Shown piece after piece: positions 1 to 10,936 of a DNA stretch of 64,000 nt. A program made the translations under genes and the position numbers. Position 1 is the first letter of the stretch; the number at the start of each line of letters is the position of its first letter. Origin of the DNA: Dictyostelium discoideum (lineage: Eukaryota); assembly GCA_000004695.1 (NCBI GenBank), contig CM000151.3, positions 3,712,001-3,776,000 on the forward strand. Direction: 5' to 3'. Below the pieces are notes generated by a model. It had not been told where the DNA came from. It worked only from the letters and a program-made list of their open reading frames with translations, and searched no databases.

Positions 1-318
1 TATCAAAAGATTGGAATATTGCAATTTATAAAATTAAAAGAATTGGTATTTTAATAATAAAATAAAAAAAAAAACTTATCTTATAAGTTCTTAAAATTTA
101 TTAAATTAAAATCATATTTGCTTAATTTATTTTAAAACATTTTTTTTTATTATTCAAATACTTTAAATTATTTAAACACATAATAAGAAAATTATTATAA
201 TAATTTGAAATAAAATTTATTTTTATTTTATTGAATTAAATTTAAAATAATTTAATTAAGAGTACATTAATATTATTTTATATTAAAAAACTAATGAAAT
301 GATTAAAATCATATTGAT

Positions 319-1995
319 TTACTTTACAAGCTTATCAGTTTGACTTTTAATTTCATCAATTTTTTTATTTTCTTGGGTGAGAATTTTTTGAATTTCATCA
401 CAACTAGCTTTTACTATTGCTTCAGCTTCTGATCTTCCTGGTAAATTGTTCATTACTTCATCAAAGTTCTTCTTAATACCAATAATTGTATTACTTGCAG
501 TGAAATTAATTTGAGCTAATGCTAACCAATTTAAACCTGATGATTTAATTTCATTGGTGAAATCAACTTTGAATTCATCATCAATATCAGCAGCATCAGC
601 GAGATCCTTCATATTGCTAACATCAGATAAAGCTTCACATTGGCCTTTAACTTGTAACCAAAAGAGACGAGTATTTTCAAAGATTGTTCTAACTTTACCC
701 ATTGTTTTAATGGTAATTTCTAAACTTTTAATTGAAACCTCTAATGAATTCTTTTGAATTGATAAATTCTTTAATTGAACTACATTTTGAGCTAAATCAG
801 CATTTGATTTTCTTTGTAAATCTTGATATTGAGATTTCAATTTCATATAGGAAGCTTCTTTATCTTCACTTTTAGCAGCTCTTTCTTTGTATTGATTAGC
901 AATTTCATTGATTGTATCACTTAATAATTTACCCAATTTTTCTAATTGTTGATCGATTTCTTTGATTGATTTCTCCAATTTTTCTTTTTTTTCTTTCTTT
1001 GAATCAGATTCTGGTTCAGATTCAACTTTTTTCAATTCAGCTTTCTTTTCTTTTAATTCTTTTGATTTTTCTTCTTCTTGTTTTTCTAATTTAATTTTCC
1101 TATCTTTAATCTCTGATGAGGCACTAACTGATTCAGTTTTGGTGGTGGTTGGTTTTTCAGTTTCATCTTGTTTTTTGGTTGCTGTTGACTCTCCATCGAT
1201 AGCATTACCAACAACACCAAGGATTTTACTTGTACTATCGATAACACCAGCTCCTGAAACACTTGAAATGATTGGTCCTGCTAATTGTACTATTGGTGTG
1301 GTAACAGCACTAACAACTTGTAAAAGCATTGCACTTTTTCTTTGTTCAGCAGCCTCTTTACTTGCTTTATCAGCCAATTGTTTGAATTCATCAGCTTGTC
1401 TTTTAAGATCTTCTACTTCAGTTCTTAATTTTGCAGCTTGAGCCTCGAGTTCACCTTGTTTCTTGATTACTTCATTTTCTTTAACGATTTCATCATTTTT
1501 ATCACCAGTTGCCATTTCAAGAGCCTCTGTTGATTGGTCAACTAAAATCTTTGACATATTAACCAATTGTTGGGATTTGTCAGCCATTTCTTTAGCTTTT
1601 TCAGCAGTTTTGGACATAATACTTAATGCTTTAAGTGGTTGTTTTTCAGCTAAACGTAAAGCAAGTTCATGTTGTTTAAGTGATGCAATACAATTAAAAA
1701 CAAATAATGAACAAGTACTAACTGTATCATTTACCAATGATTGATATTCAGCCAAGATTTTAATGATTGGTTTTGAACAAGAGTGACCATTTGCTGCAGC
1801 ATTTGCAACTTTTAATAATTCACCAACAGTTGCCAAACTTTGCATAGCATCTGAAACTGAAATTGAAGCATACAACTTTAAATTGTTTTCAACAGCTACA
1901 GTAACTTTTGGACTACTTTGAACAGCTTTTGGAATATCTTCAAATAATTTTACATCAACTGTAATATAATCAATTGGAAGAATTTGTTTTGACAT
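319..1995 (-). CDS. Hypothetical coiled-coil protein (557 aa), single exon; K/E-rich heptad regions plus a Gly/Ser/Val-rich central segment
   Basis: Uninterrupted minus-strand ORF from ATG at 1995 to stop at 319; codon usage typical of Dictyostelium; no recognisable catalytic motif. Confidence 0.7.
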   Translation of the reverse strand: MSKQILPIDYITVDVKLFEDIPKAVQSSPKVTVAVENNLKLYASISVSDAMQSLATVGELLKVANAAANGHSCSKPIIKILAEYQSLVNDTVSTCSLFVFNCIASLKQHELALRLAEKQPLKALSIMSKTAEKAKEMADKSQQLVNMSKILVDQSTEALEMATGDKNDEIVKENEVIKKQGELEAQAAKLRTEVEDLKRQADEFKQLADKASKEAAEQRKSAMLLQVVSAVTTPIVQLAGPIISSVSGAGVIDSTSKILGVVGNAIDGESTATKKQDETEKPTTTKTESVSASSEIKDRKIKLEKQEEEKSKELKEKKAELKKVESEPESDSKKEKKEKLEKSIKEIDQQLEKLGKLLSDTINEIANQYKERAAKSEDKEASYMKLKSQYQDLQRKSNADLAQNVVQLKNLSIQKNSLEVSIKSLEITIKTMGKVRTIFENTRLFWLQVKGQCEALSDVSNMKDLADAADIDDEFKVDFTNEIKSSGLNWLALAQINFTASNTIIGIKKNFDEVMNNLPGRSEAEAIVKASCDEIQKILTQENKKIDEIKSQTDKLVK

Positions 1996-3265
1996 TTCTA
2001 TTTTTAAAAAAAAAAAAAAAAAAAAAAATTAAAATTAGAAACTATAAAATAAATTATCTAATATAATTTCTTTATGGATTAATAATTACTTTTTAAATAT
2101 TAAAAGAAAGAGCGATATTTTATTGTTTATTTGTTTGTAAATGATTTTTTTAAAAAAAAAAAAAAAATTGGTATTTATATAAAAAAAAAACTATGTTTTT
2201 TATTACTCTAAAGAATAAAGAATAATTGAATTCTAATAAAAAAAAATAATAAGAAATTAAACCAATCTAGATAGTTTATATTTTTTGAATAGATATTTTA
2301 TCAAACCAATTAAAAGCTTCTCTTTTTTATTTTATTTTATTTTATTTAATTTTTTATATTTATTTTATTTTTTTTTTTTGGGAAAACGATTGTAACAAGA
2401 TTTGAAAAACAAATATATCATTTTTAAAGAAAATATCCATCCGATTGAAATAGATTCCAATAAAAAAAAAAACCAATTAATTTTAGAAATGGGACAAAAA
2501 ATAAATAAAAAAAAAAATTAAATTATATATTGATTATTAAAAAAAGTCGAGATTTTTTTTTTTTTTTTTCAAATCATATTGGTGTAGATTTGTTGATTTT
2601 TTGAAATCGATTTTGGATATTTGGTATTGTAGTTTTTTTTTTTTTTTTTTGTACTTTTTTTTTTTTCTTTTATACTCGATTTTCATTTTTTAATTCTGTC
2701 CCAATTTAATTTAATTTTGATTTTTTATATTAGTTTTACATTAAAATCTTTGAACCCATGTCGAGTATTTTTTTATAAACCCATAGAAAGGGGTTTGTTT
2801 GAGTTTTTATTTATTTTGTATATAATTTTATTATTATTTATGTATTAACAGCATTATTAATAACCTTTCTGAACATTATCTCTATAAAATTAAAAAAGAA
2901 ATAGTTATTATAACATAAATAAGATGTAACATAATTAATTGGAGAATAAAAAAAGAAAGATGATCTTTATCATTATTGGAATTAGTGTATGGGAATAGCT
3001 TGAAAAATATTAAAGAACCAGTAATTGCACAACATTATGTTTAGTTACAAACAAAATTATTTTTTTATTTTTTTTAATTTTTAATTTTTATTTTTAGTTT
3101 TCGAGACTTTTTGATAGATATTTTTTGATGTTTGATGAAAACAAAAAAAAAAAAAAAAAAAAAAAAAAATTAAATTTTTTTAAAAAAAACCATCCTTTTT
3201 ATTTTTTTTATTTTTGTTTATTGTTTATTTTTATAATTTAAAAAATATATATATATAAATTAATA

Positions 3266-3338
3266 ATGACAACACCAATTAGTTTAAGTAAACCCAGAGT
3301 AGAATTGAGATTTAAATGTTCACATTTAAAGAATTTGG
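3266..3338 (+). CDS. Copine (C2-C2-vWA) gene, exon 1 (MTTPISLSKPRVELRFKCSHLKNL..., phase 1)
   Basis: ATG at 3266. Donor g|gtaaat at 3339. When spliced to 3460, the junction reads ...CSHLKNLDICSKSDPLIMVF, the conserved start of the copine C2A domain (compare human [22 protein letters not shown]). Confidence 0.75.
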
Positions 3339-3459
3339 GTAAATATCAATAGTATTATTATTATTTAAAATTTATTTATAATTAATAAAATTTTATATTT
3401 ATATTTTTAATACTTATTATTATTATTATTTTTATTTTTTTTTAAAAATTCCAAATCAG

Positions 3460-3701
3460 ATATTTGTAGTAAATCAGATCCATTGATTATGGTTTTTGAC
3501 AAAAGAGGTGAACATGGTGAATCAATATTTGTAGGACAAACTGAAAAAATTAACAATAATTTAAATCCAGAATTTAAAAAATCAGTTATTATTGATTATC
3601 ATTTTGAAAATATTCAAAATCTTAGTTTTATTGTTGTTGATATTGATAAAGAAATTAAAAGAGTTGGTGATTTAGAAGGTAATGATATTATTGGTCAATA
3701 T
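3460..3701 (+). CDS. Copine gene, exon 2 (C2A domain)
   Basis: Acceptor caaatcag| at 3459; frame continues into the supplied ORF 3483..; donor tat|gtatgt at 3702. Confidence 0.75.
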
Positions 3702-3807
3702 GTATGTGTGTTTATATTTTTTTTTAATAATAATTATTTATTTTCATTGTTATTCAAATATTAATACTTTATTATTATTATTATTATTATTATTATTTCT
3801 GAAATAG

Positions 3808-5085
3808 ACAACAACATTAGGTAATATTATATCAAAACCAAATAAAAAAGTTATTAGCGAAATTAAACATAAAGGTAAAGAAACAGGTGTTATTGAGATA
3901 ACAGCAGAAGAAATTCGTGAAACTGGTCATAACTTTTTATTTAAAATTAATGGTACAAAATTGGATAAAAAAGATTTATTTACAAGTGACCCATATTTTA
4001 AGATTTATAAAACCTCATCAAGTGGTAATGTATTGGTTTATCAAAGTGTTGTAATTAAGAATACATTAAATCCAAATTATGAACCAGTGATGATGAAATT
4101 AGAGGAATTAAATAATGGTGATATGTTTAGAGAATTGGTATTTGAATTTTGGGATCATGATTCAGTTGGTGAGCATGATTTCATTGGATTATTCACAACC
4201 AATGCCGATACAGTTTTAAAAGGTATCACTAGAGAATTCCCGTTAATCAATGCAAAGAAAGCAGCTAAAAAATCAGGTTCCTATAAGAATTCTGGTGTAA
4301 TAACATTTACAGATTGTAGATTAGTTGGACAACCAACTTTTATAGATTACTTATCAGGTGGTTGTGAAATTAATTTAATGGTTGCAATTGATTGTACTGC
4401 AAGTAATGGTTCACCATCAACTTCAACTTCATTACATTATCACACACCAAGCCATCCAAGCCAATATGCAAAATCAATCTTTTCAGTTGGTTCAGTATTG
4501 GCACCATATGATTCTGATGGAAATATTGAGGTGTTGGGTTTTGGTGGTATTCATAGGGGTAGTACAAGTCATTGTTTCCAATTTGGTTCAAAAAAAGAAG
4601 TACGTGGTGTTGAGGGTGTTTTATTAACTTATGGTGAAGTTATACCATCAATGTCATTATCTTATCCAACCAATTTCAAAGATATCATTTCTTACGCTGC
4701 AAAGAAATCATTGGATGGTGTTACTTCAAAATCTCAAAAATATACTATACTCTTAATTTTAACCGATGGTGAAATCTCTGATATGAATGAAACAGTTCAT
4801 GAAATTGTTAAGGCTTCAAAACAATCACCTCTCTCTATAGTTATCATTGGTATTGGTGAAGCTACATTCGATAATATGAATAGATTGGATGGTGATGATG
4901 GTAATTCTTTAACTGATTCTTCAGGTCAAACTGCAACTCGTGATATCGTTCAATTCGTACCATTCAATAATTTCTCTGCAAATCCTGAAGCTTTAGCCAC
5001 TGAAACACTTCGTGAAATACCTCAACAATTACTTGGTTTTATGAACCAAAATAATTATTTACCAATGAGTCATAGATTAAAATAA
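3808..5085 (+). CDS. Copine gene, exon 3 (second C2 domain plus vWA domain with ...ILLILTDGEISDM...)
   Basis: Acceptor aaatag| at 3807 sits in frame with the long ORF 3961..5085. The C2-C2-vWA architecture is diagnostic of copines. The intron 3702..3807 contains (TTA)n. Confidence 0.85.
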   Translation, partial: TTTLGNIISKPNKKVISEIKHKGKETGVIEITAEEIRETGHNFLFKINGTKLDKKDLFTSDPYFKIYKTSSSGNVLVYQSVVIKNTLNPNYEPVMMKLEELNNGDMFRELVFEFWDHDSVGEHDFIGLFTTNADTVLKGITREFPLINAKKAAKKSGSYKNSGVITFTDCRLVGQPTFIDYLSGGCEINLMVAIDCTASNGSPSTSTSLHYHTPSHPSQYAKSIFSVGSVLAPYDSDGNIEVLGFGGIHRGSTSHCFQFGSKKEVRGVEGVLLTYGEVIPSMSLSYPTNFKDIISYAAKKSLDGVTSKSQKYTILLILTDGEISDMNETVHEIVKASKQSPLSIVIIGIGEATFDNMNRLDGDDGNSLTDSSGQTATRDIVQFVPFNNFSANPEALATETLREIPQQLLGFMNQNNYLPMSHRLK

Positions 5086-5160
5086 AATAAATTTGTAGTT
5101 TAAAATATTAATTTTTAATTTTTTTTTTTTTATAATTATATTATTAGTATTATTATTTTT

Positions 5161-5301
<141 letters not shown>

Positions 5302-5730
5302 TTTATTATGATTTAAACTATTATTTTCTGTTTTACTATCAGATTTAGAATCATAGCTTAATTTTTCTTATAAATTTATAATATAATTGAGTTTAAATGT
5401 TGAATTGTTTGCTTTATAACTATGTTCTACCATTGTTTTTGTAATTTCTTTCAATGTATTTGTATTTAAAAACATTGATTTAATTCATTATTATTTTTAT
5501 TTTTTTTATAATACTAATAAAAAACTTAATATTTTAAAAAAAAATCTTAAAATCTTTATTTCTTAAAATATAATTAAATTAATGGCTACTGTACTTTTTA
5601 AGCGAATAAAATTAAAAAAATAAGTAAATATTAAATTTTTGTGTTGTTATATTTTGCGCATGTAAAAAACAAAAAGTATAAAATAATATTTTTTATTTTT
5701 TTTTTTTTTTGTGAAAACAGAGTGATAACA

Positions 5731-6126
5731 ATGAAATTAATTTTATTTTTATTTATATTGTTTAGTATTTTATTTTTTTTAAAAAATGTTGAAAGTGCAA
5801 GTGATGTAGTTTGCTCATTTGGTTACGAAGCATGTGGAAATAGGTGTTATAGTCCATCATCAGGTCAAAGATGTTATCCAGGTGATGTAGTTTGTTCATT
5901 TGGTTACGAGGCATGTGGAAATGGGTGTTATAGTCCATCATCAGGTCAAAGATGTTATCCAGGTGGTTTAGTTTGTTCATTTGGTTACGAAGCATGTGGA
6001 AATAGGTGTTATAGTCCATCATCAGGACAAAGATGTTATCCAGGTGGTTTAGTTTGTTCATTTGGTTATGAACAATGTGGGAATAGGTGTTATAATCCGT
6101 CCTCTGGTCAAAGATGTTTTAATTAA
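5731..6126 (+). CDS. Small secreted Cys-rich protein: signal peptide followed by four near-identical tandem repeats of about 28 aa (VVCSFGYEACGNRCYSPSSGQRCYPGG; C-x6-C-x3-C-x8-C)
   Basis: ATG at 5731 followed by a hydrophobic leader MKLILFLFILFSILFFLKNVESA. Four repeats of 81-87 nt are seen directly in the DNA. Stop at 6124-6126. Confidence 0.7.
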   Translation: MKLILFLFILFSILFFLKNVESASDVVCSFGYEACGNRCYSPSSGQRCYPGDVVCSFGYEACGNGCYSPSSGQRCYPGGLVCSFGYEACGNRCYSPSSGQRCYPGGLVCSFGYEQCGNRCYNPSSGQRCFN

Positions 6127-6586
6127 TAAATTAACACAAATTTCATTTATGTTCCAGTTTGAACGGCCTAATGATCACAAAATATTAATTCTCCTAATAA
6201 AATCTCAATGTATTCCAATGAGTCGTAGATCAAAATAAAATATATTATTATATTTGAGTTAAAAAAATAATAATATTAATTTTAAATTTTTTTTTTTTTT
6301 TTTTTATTTTTTATTTTCTAAACATTTTTAATTAAATAAATAAAATTAATTTATAAAGTGAATAAAGAAATATAATAATTTATTTTTTTCATTTTTATTA
6401 CATTTCATCTTCAAATCTTTTTTTAATAATTTCTAAAATTTTATCATTACTATTATTTGAATCTAAAATTATTGTTTCCACTAAATTTATATTGTTACTT
6501 TTATTATTATTATTTTTTAAAATTAAAAAAGTATCTGATAAATTTCTAAATTTTTTAATATCTTTATTTGGTGAATTTAGAACTAC

Positions 6587-6943
6587 CTAAATATTTAATA
6601 TGGTATGGTTTATATTAGTATTATTTAATAAAGTAATAATTTTATATATTAATCTTACAAATGGAAATATTGGATTTGATTCATTCTCTAAAAATTCAAT
6701 AATTTTATCAGAGGAATTACTATCATTACTAATAATTATTGGAATTTTTGTTAATTGATTTAAAACAGAGTTTAAAATTAATTTTGAATTATCTTTATTA
6801 TCAAAAAATAAAGAATTTATATCAAGTGATAATTTTAAATCACCAATTTGAGTCATAAATTTAAAACATTCATTTTTATTGTTTTCATCATTTGAAACTA
6901 TTAAAAGTTGTTTAATTGGTCTAGTTAAATTTTTATCTAATCT
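6587..6943 (-). CDS. Hypothetical protein, exon 2 (RLDKNLTRPIKQLLIVSNDENNKNECFKFMTQIGDLKLSL...HTILNI*)
   Basis: Acceptor aaaaaaaag| (minus) at 6944-6945 gives a phase-0 join to exon 1. Frame is continuous with the supplied ORF 6587..6856. Confidence 0.45.
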   Translation of the reverse strand, partial: RLDKNLTRPIKQLLIVSNDENNKNECFKFMTQIGDLKLSLDINSLFFDNKDNSKLILNSVLNQLTKIPIIISNDSNSSDKIIEFLENESNPIFPFVRLIYKIITLLNNTNINHTILNI

Positions 6944-6972
6944 CTTTTTTTTATTATTTTAATTTTAAGGGT

Positions 6973-7033
<61 letters not shown>

Positions 7034-7067
7034 GTAATAAACAAATTTTTAATGAAGAAATGAATAC

Positions 7068-7265
7068 CTTTAAAGGATTACAACCAATTCTTGGTACTTC
7101 AACATCTAAAGGTTTCTTTAACCTGTAAAAAGGTTGCTCTGTTTCATTATTATTGATAAATTCTATTTTTGGGAATAATGAATTTAATTCTGATATATTA
7201 TTGCTTTTAGTATAAAATCTGCATTTTGATATAAAATTATTAAAATTTTTTGAAAAAGATATCAT
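7068..7265 (-). CDS. Hypothetical protein, exon 1 (MISFSKNFNNFISKCRF...PRIGCNPLK)
   Basis: ATG at 7265. Donor aag|gtattc (minus). The supplied ORF 6954..7265 reads through the intron as poly-Leu, which is (TAA)n on the plus strand. Confidence 0.5.
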
Positions 7266-7285
7266 TGTTTTTTATTGGGAATGCG

Positions 7286-7365
<80 letters not shown>

Positions 7366-7727
7366 TTGAGATATTTATTATTATGGTAATGTAAAAATGG
7401 TTTTTTTAATTATTAAATTAGTTTCAAAACAATAATTAATTTAAATTAGTTTCAAAACAATGAAGATTCAAAATGGCATCGAAAAATAAAAAAAAAAATA
7501 AAAAGTCAAATTTCACAAAAAAAATGGAAATAAGGTTTCGGTTTTTGTTTTATTATAATAAAAATAGGCCATTTTTTTTTTTTTTTTATGAATTTTATTT
7601 TTTTTTTTTTTTTTTTATTTTTGTTTTTATTTTTATTTTTATTTTTATTTTTATTTTTATTTTTTGTAACTTTTCGACTAAAAATAAAAAAAAATATTAC
7701 TTTGTTGTAAAAAAAAAAAAAAAAAAA

Positions 7728-8144
7728 ATGACAACACCAAAACCAACAATTGCCAAGATCTCACCAGAATGTCAAACACATTTTCAAGATATTAAATTTA
7801 GAAATAAATATCAAGGTATTTTATTAAAAGTAAATGAAGAGAGTAATATGGTAGTTGATAAAACATTAGTTGCAGAAGGAGAATTCTCAGAATTGGCTCA
7901 ATCATTACCAACTGATCAATGTAGAATTATTATTTATAGATATAAATCTGGTGAAGGTTCAAAATTATTTTTTATTTATTGGGGCCCAGATTCAGCACCA
8001 CAACAAGATAAACTCATTTATGGTAATGCTAAAGTAACTCTTGCCATTACCTTGAAAGGTATTGATCATAAAATTTCTGCTTCAAATTTAAAAGAAATCT
8101 CTGAACAAGTTTTTATTGATAGAATTACTCCAAAAACTGCTTAA
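7728..8144 (+). CDS. ADF-H domain protein, cofilin/actin-depolymerising-factor family (138 aa)
   Basis: ATG at 7728 lies within ORF 7473..8144; the upstream part of that ORF is poly-F/poly-K low-complexity read-through. Motifs [20 protein letters not shown] and [13 protein letters not shown] match cofilin (compare Dictyostelium cofilin LPENECRY...FVAWCPD). Confidence 0.8.
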
Positions 8145-8173
8145 TTTAAATTAAATTAATTATAATAATAATA

Positions 8174-8221
<48 letters not shown>

Positions 8222-8252
8222 TTCAATTCTAAAAATAAAAAAAAAAAAAAAT

Positions 8253-8364
8253 GGGTTTGGGTGTTGGGGTTGGGGGAGGGGTATTGGGTTATTACATTTT
8301 ATTATTATTATTTTTTATTTTTATCTCCCACACTTTATTTTTGTTAAGACCCACACCACATAAC
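8253..8364. promoter_or_regulatory. G-rich block (gggtttgggtgttggggttgggggaggggtattgggtt) followed by a C/A-rich block (ctcccacac...gacccacaccacataacc), about 200-300 bp upstream of the second cofilin-family gene: candidate G-box/CA-rich elements of the GBF type
   Basis: Sharp GC island in an otherwise more than 90% AT intergenic region. The assignment to G-box-binding-factor sites is by resemblance to the known G-rich/CAE consensus only. Confidence 0.35.
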
Positions 8365-8545
8365 CGTTAGATTATTATAATAAATTTAATATTATATTAT
8401 TTAATTTATTTATTTATTTTTTTTTTTTTAAAAAAAAAAAACCAGTTTAATAAAAAAAAAAAAAAAATTTAAAAATAGAAATAATAAATAAAAAAAATAA
8501 AAAAAAAGTAATAACTAAAAAAAAAAATAAATAATAAAAAAAAAA

Positions 8546-8977
8546 ATGTCAGCACCATTATCACCTTCTCCAACAGTTGTAAAATTATCACCAGAATGTC
8601 AACAATATTATCAAGATGTTAGAATTAAAAACAAATATCAAGGTGTAGTTTATAAAATTAATAAAGAAAGTAATCAAATGATAATTGATAAAACATTTCC
8701 AAATGATTGTAATTTTAATGAATTAACTCAATGTTTTAAAGAAAATGAATGTTGTATTATCGTTTTTAAATATGTAATTTCAAATTCACAATCAAAATTA
8801 TTTTTTATTTATTGGGGTTCTGAAACTGCACCACAAACTGATAAGGTTTTATACAGTAACGCAAAATTAACTTTAGCAATAACATTAAAAGGTATTGATA
8901 TTAAAATTGCTGGCACTAAAAAATCTGAATTAACTGAAGAAATTTTTAAAGAAAGAGCCATACCAAAACAAGCTTAA
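8546..8977 (+). CDS. ADF-H domain protein, cofilin family, tandem paralog (143 aa)
   Basis: Clean ATG. Motifs [12 protein letters not shown] and [13 protein letters not shown]. It has the same architecture as the 7728 gene, 400 bp downstream. Confidence 0.85.
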
Positions 8978-9082
8978 AAAAATAAAAAAAAAATAAATAA
9001 AAAAAAAAAAAAAAAAAAAAAACATATATTTTTTAGTTTATTATTACAATTAAAATACATAAAATTATTATTAGTTAATTAT

Positions 9083-10555
9083 TTAAATAAAATTAATTTT
9101 TATAAATTTTGAAATATTATTTAAATTATTTTTTGGATAATTTTTTGAAAGTGTTAAAGTTTCCAATTTACAAGGTAGATGATCACCATTTAAAGGATAT
9201 TTAAAGGAGATACCAAATTTTAAATGTTTAATATTTGAATTTGAAATTGCACCTTTGTCAATTGGTTGATTAAAAGAATCACCATAGGTAAGATTAGTTA
9301 TTGAATTTGAAATAAATGAATTTTTTAAAGGTTGATTAAAAGTATTACCAGTATCTAATGATTGGATTGTTAAAGGTATTGAAATTGCAAAATCAATTAT
9401 ATTATTAAAATTTGAAGAGAATTTTAAATTTTTTATAGTTGAAGGAATACCATGTAAAACTTTATCAACTTCTAAAGTTTCAACAGATTCACCAATTAAA
9501 TGTAAACTTTTAAAATAATAACCAATTGAAACTGATTTTAAATTCTTTGGGAATACAACATCTTGCAGTGAACAAGGACTAAATTTAATTGATTCTAAAT
9601 TGCATGGTAAAACGTTATGCCCAATTGGATAGTAATAACTTTTACCAAGATCTAATGATTTCAAAGAGTATGGTAAACTTCCTTTATAAATTTGTTGAGA
9701 AAAGTGTTGACCCAATTCTAAAACTTCCAAACCTTGAGGTAAAACACCAACATAAATTGATTTATTAAAATTACATTGAAATCTTAATTCTTTTAAATTT
9801 GGTGGTAATAATGAAACCCTTTGTTTTTCATCATAAATCGATTGATTAAAACCTTTGAATTTTAATTTTTCAATTGATTTTAGTAATTTAAATTCTTGAT
9901 TTAATAAAAATTGATTCCATTGTAAGCCAAGTTCAAGTACTTTTAATTTACTTGGTATTGAATTTGAATTTATTAATTTATTAAATGAATCACCTAATAT
10001 TAAAACCTCTAAATCATTTGGTAAACTACCTATTTCAATCAATTGATTAAAAGAATTTCCAATTTTTAAATATTTCAAACCCAATGGTAAACTTGTGAAT
10101 GGAATTAATTCTTGATTGAATTTATCGCCCAATGTTAATGATTTCAATGATTTTGGTAACATATTTTGATTTGATAATTTTTGATTAAATGAATTTCCAC
10201 CCAAATCAATTGTAATTAAAGATGTTGAAAAATTTGTTAAATAAAATATTTTATTAAATGAATTTCCAAATTTAATTGATTTAATTATTAAATCATTCCA
10301 ATTATTATTATTATTATTATTTTTTAAAAATGATTCTTCATTTATATTGTCATCATTAAAATAATCATTAAATGTTATTTCTGATATATACTCTTTAAAT
10401 TTAATTTCATTTAATTCTTTTAAACTTTTTAAATAATAATGATAATGTTTATCTAATAATTTCATTTGATTAAAAATTTCTTTTTTTAAAAATATATTTC
10501 TAAAAATATTTAAAAATAAATCTCCACCATCATTCTTTACTTTTCTTTGATTCAT
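9083..10555 (-). CDS. FNIP-repeat-containing protein (490 aa)
   Basis: Repeated approximately 22-aa units (...LP.SLK.L.LG..FNQ.I...) characteristic of Dictyostelium FNIP repeats; single ORF. Confidence 0.8.
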   Translation of the reverse strand: MNQRKVKNDGGDLFLNIFRNIFLKKEIFNQMKLLDKHYHYYLKSLKELNEIKFKEYISEITFNDYFNDDNINEESFLKNNNNNNNWNDLIIKSIKFGNSFNKIFYLTNFSTSLITIDLGGNSFNQKLSNQNMLPKSLKSLTLGDKFNQELIPFTSLPLGLKYLKIGNSFNQLIEIGSLPNDLEVLILGDSFNKLINSNSIPSKLKVLELGLQWNQFLLNQEFKLLKSIEKLKFKGFNQSIYDEKQRVSLLPPNLKELRFQCNFNKSIYVGVLPQGLEVLELGQHFSQQIYKGSLPYSLKSLDLGKSYYYPIGHNVLPCNLESIKFSPCSLQDVVFPKNLKSVSIGYYFKSLHLIGESVETLEVDKVLHGIPSTIKNLKFSSNFNNIIDFAISIPLTIQSLDTGNTFNQPLKNSFISNSITNLTYGDSFNQPIDKGAISNSNIKHLKFGISFKYPLNGDHLPCKLETLTLSKNYPKNNLNNISKFIKINFI

Positions 10556-10673
10556 TTATTTATTTTATTAATTTATAAGAAAAAAAAAAAAAAAAAAAAA
10601 ATTAAAGAGAGTGTTTGTTATTTGTGATCGTTTTTTTTTTTTAATTGTTTTTTTGTGATTGTTTTTTTCGTCC

Positions 10674-10716
<43 letters not shown>

Positions 10717-10936
10717 CTTATAAAAATAAACTTTTTTTCTTTGGACTGGTCCAAAAATAAAAAATTAAAAATTAAAAATAAAATAAAATTATATTTATAA
10801 ATCTTTGAATTATGAAAAAAAAAAATCTAAAAAAAAAAAAAAAAAATAATTGTTTTTTTTTTTTTTTTTCCAATCAAAATTAAAAAATAATTGTTTTTTT
10901 TTTTATTTTTTTATTTTTTATTATTTTATTTTTTTT

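Noticed and set aside
2777-2796. Perfect 6-bp hairpin AAACCC-atagaaag-GGGTTT in the divergent promoter between gene 1 and the copine gene
   Set aside because: It is an isolated short hairpin with no flanking RNA-gene features such as a C/D or H/ACA box or a Pol III terminator. It is probably a chance match or a minor regulatory site.
5762-6061. 99-aa minus-strand ORF with internal repeats
   Set aside because: It is the exact antisense of the four-repeat Cys-rich gene. The plus-strand reading has a signal peptide and a coherent cysteine pattern, which the minus-strand reading lacks.
6404-6586. Additional 3' exon for the 6587-7265 gene (open frame ...LVETIILDSNNSNDKILEIIKKRFEDEM*)
   Set aside because: It is in a different phase from the upstream exon. 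The only nearby GT (tag|gtagtt) follows the in-frame stop, so no consistent splice could be built.
7473-7727. 5' extension of the first cofilin ORF ([22 protein letters not shown]...FFFF)
   Set aside because: It is composed of poly-K/poly-F from an A/T homopolymer promoter region. The conserved ADF-H domain begins at the ATG at 7728.
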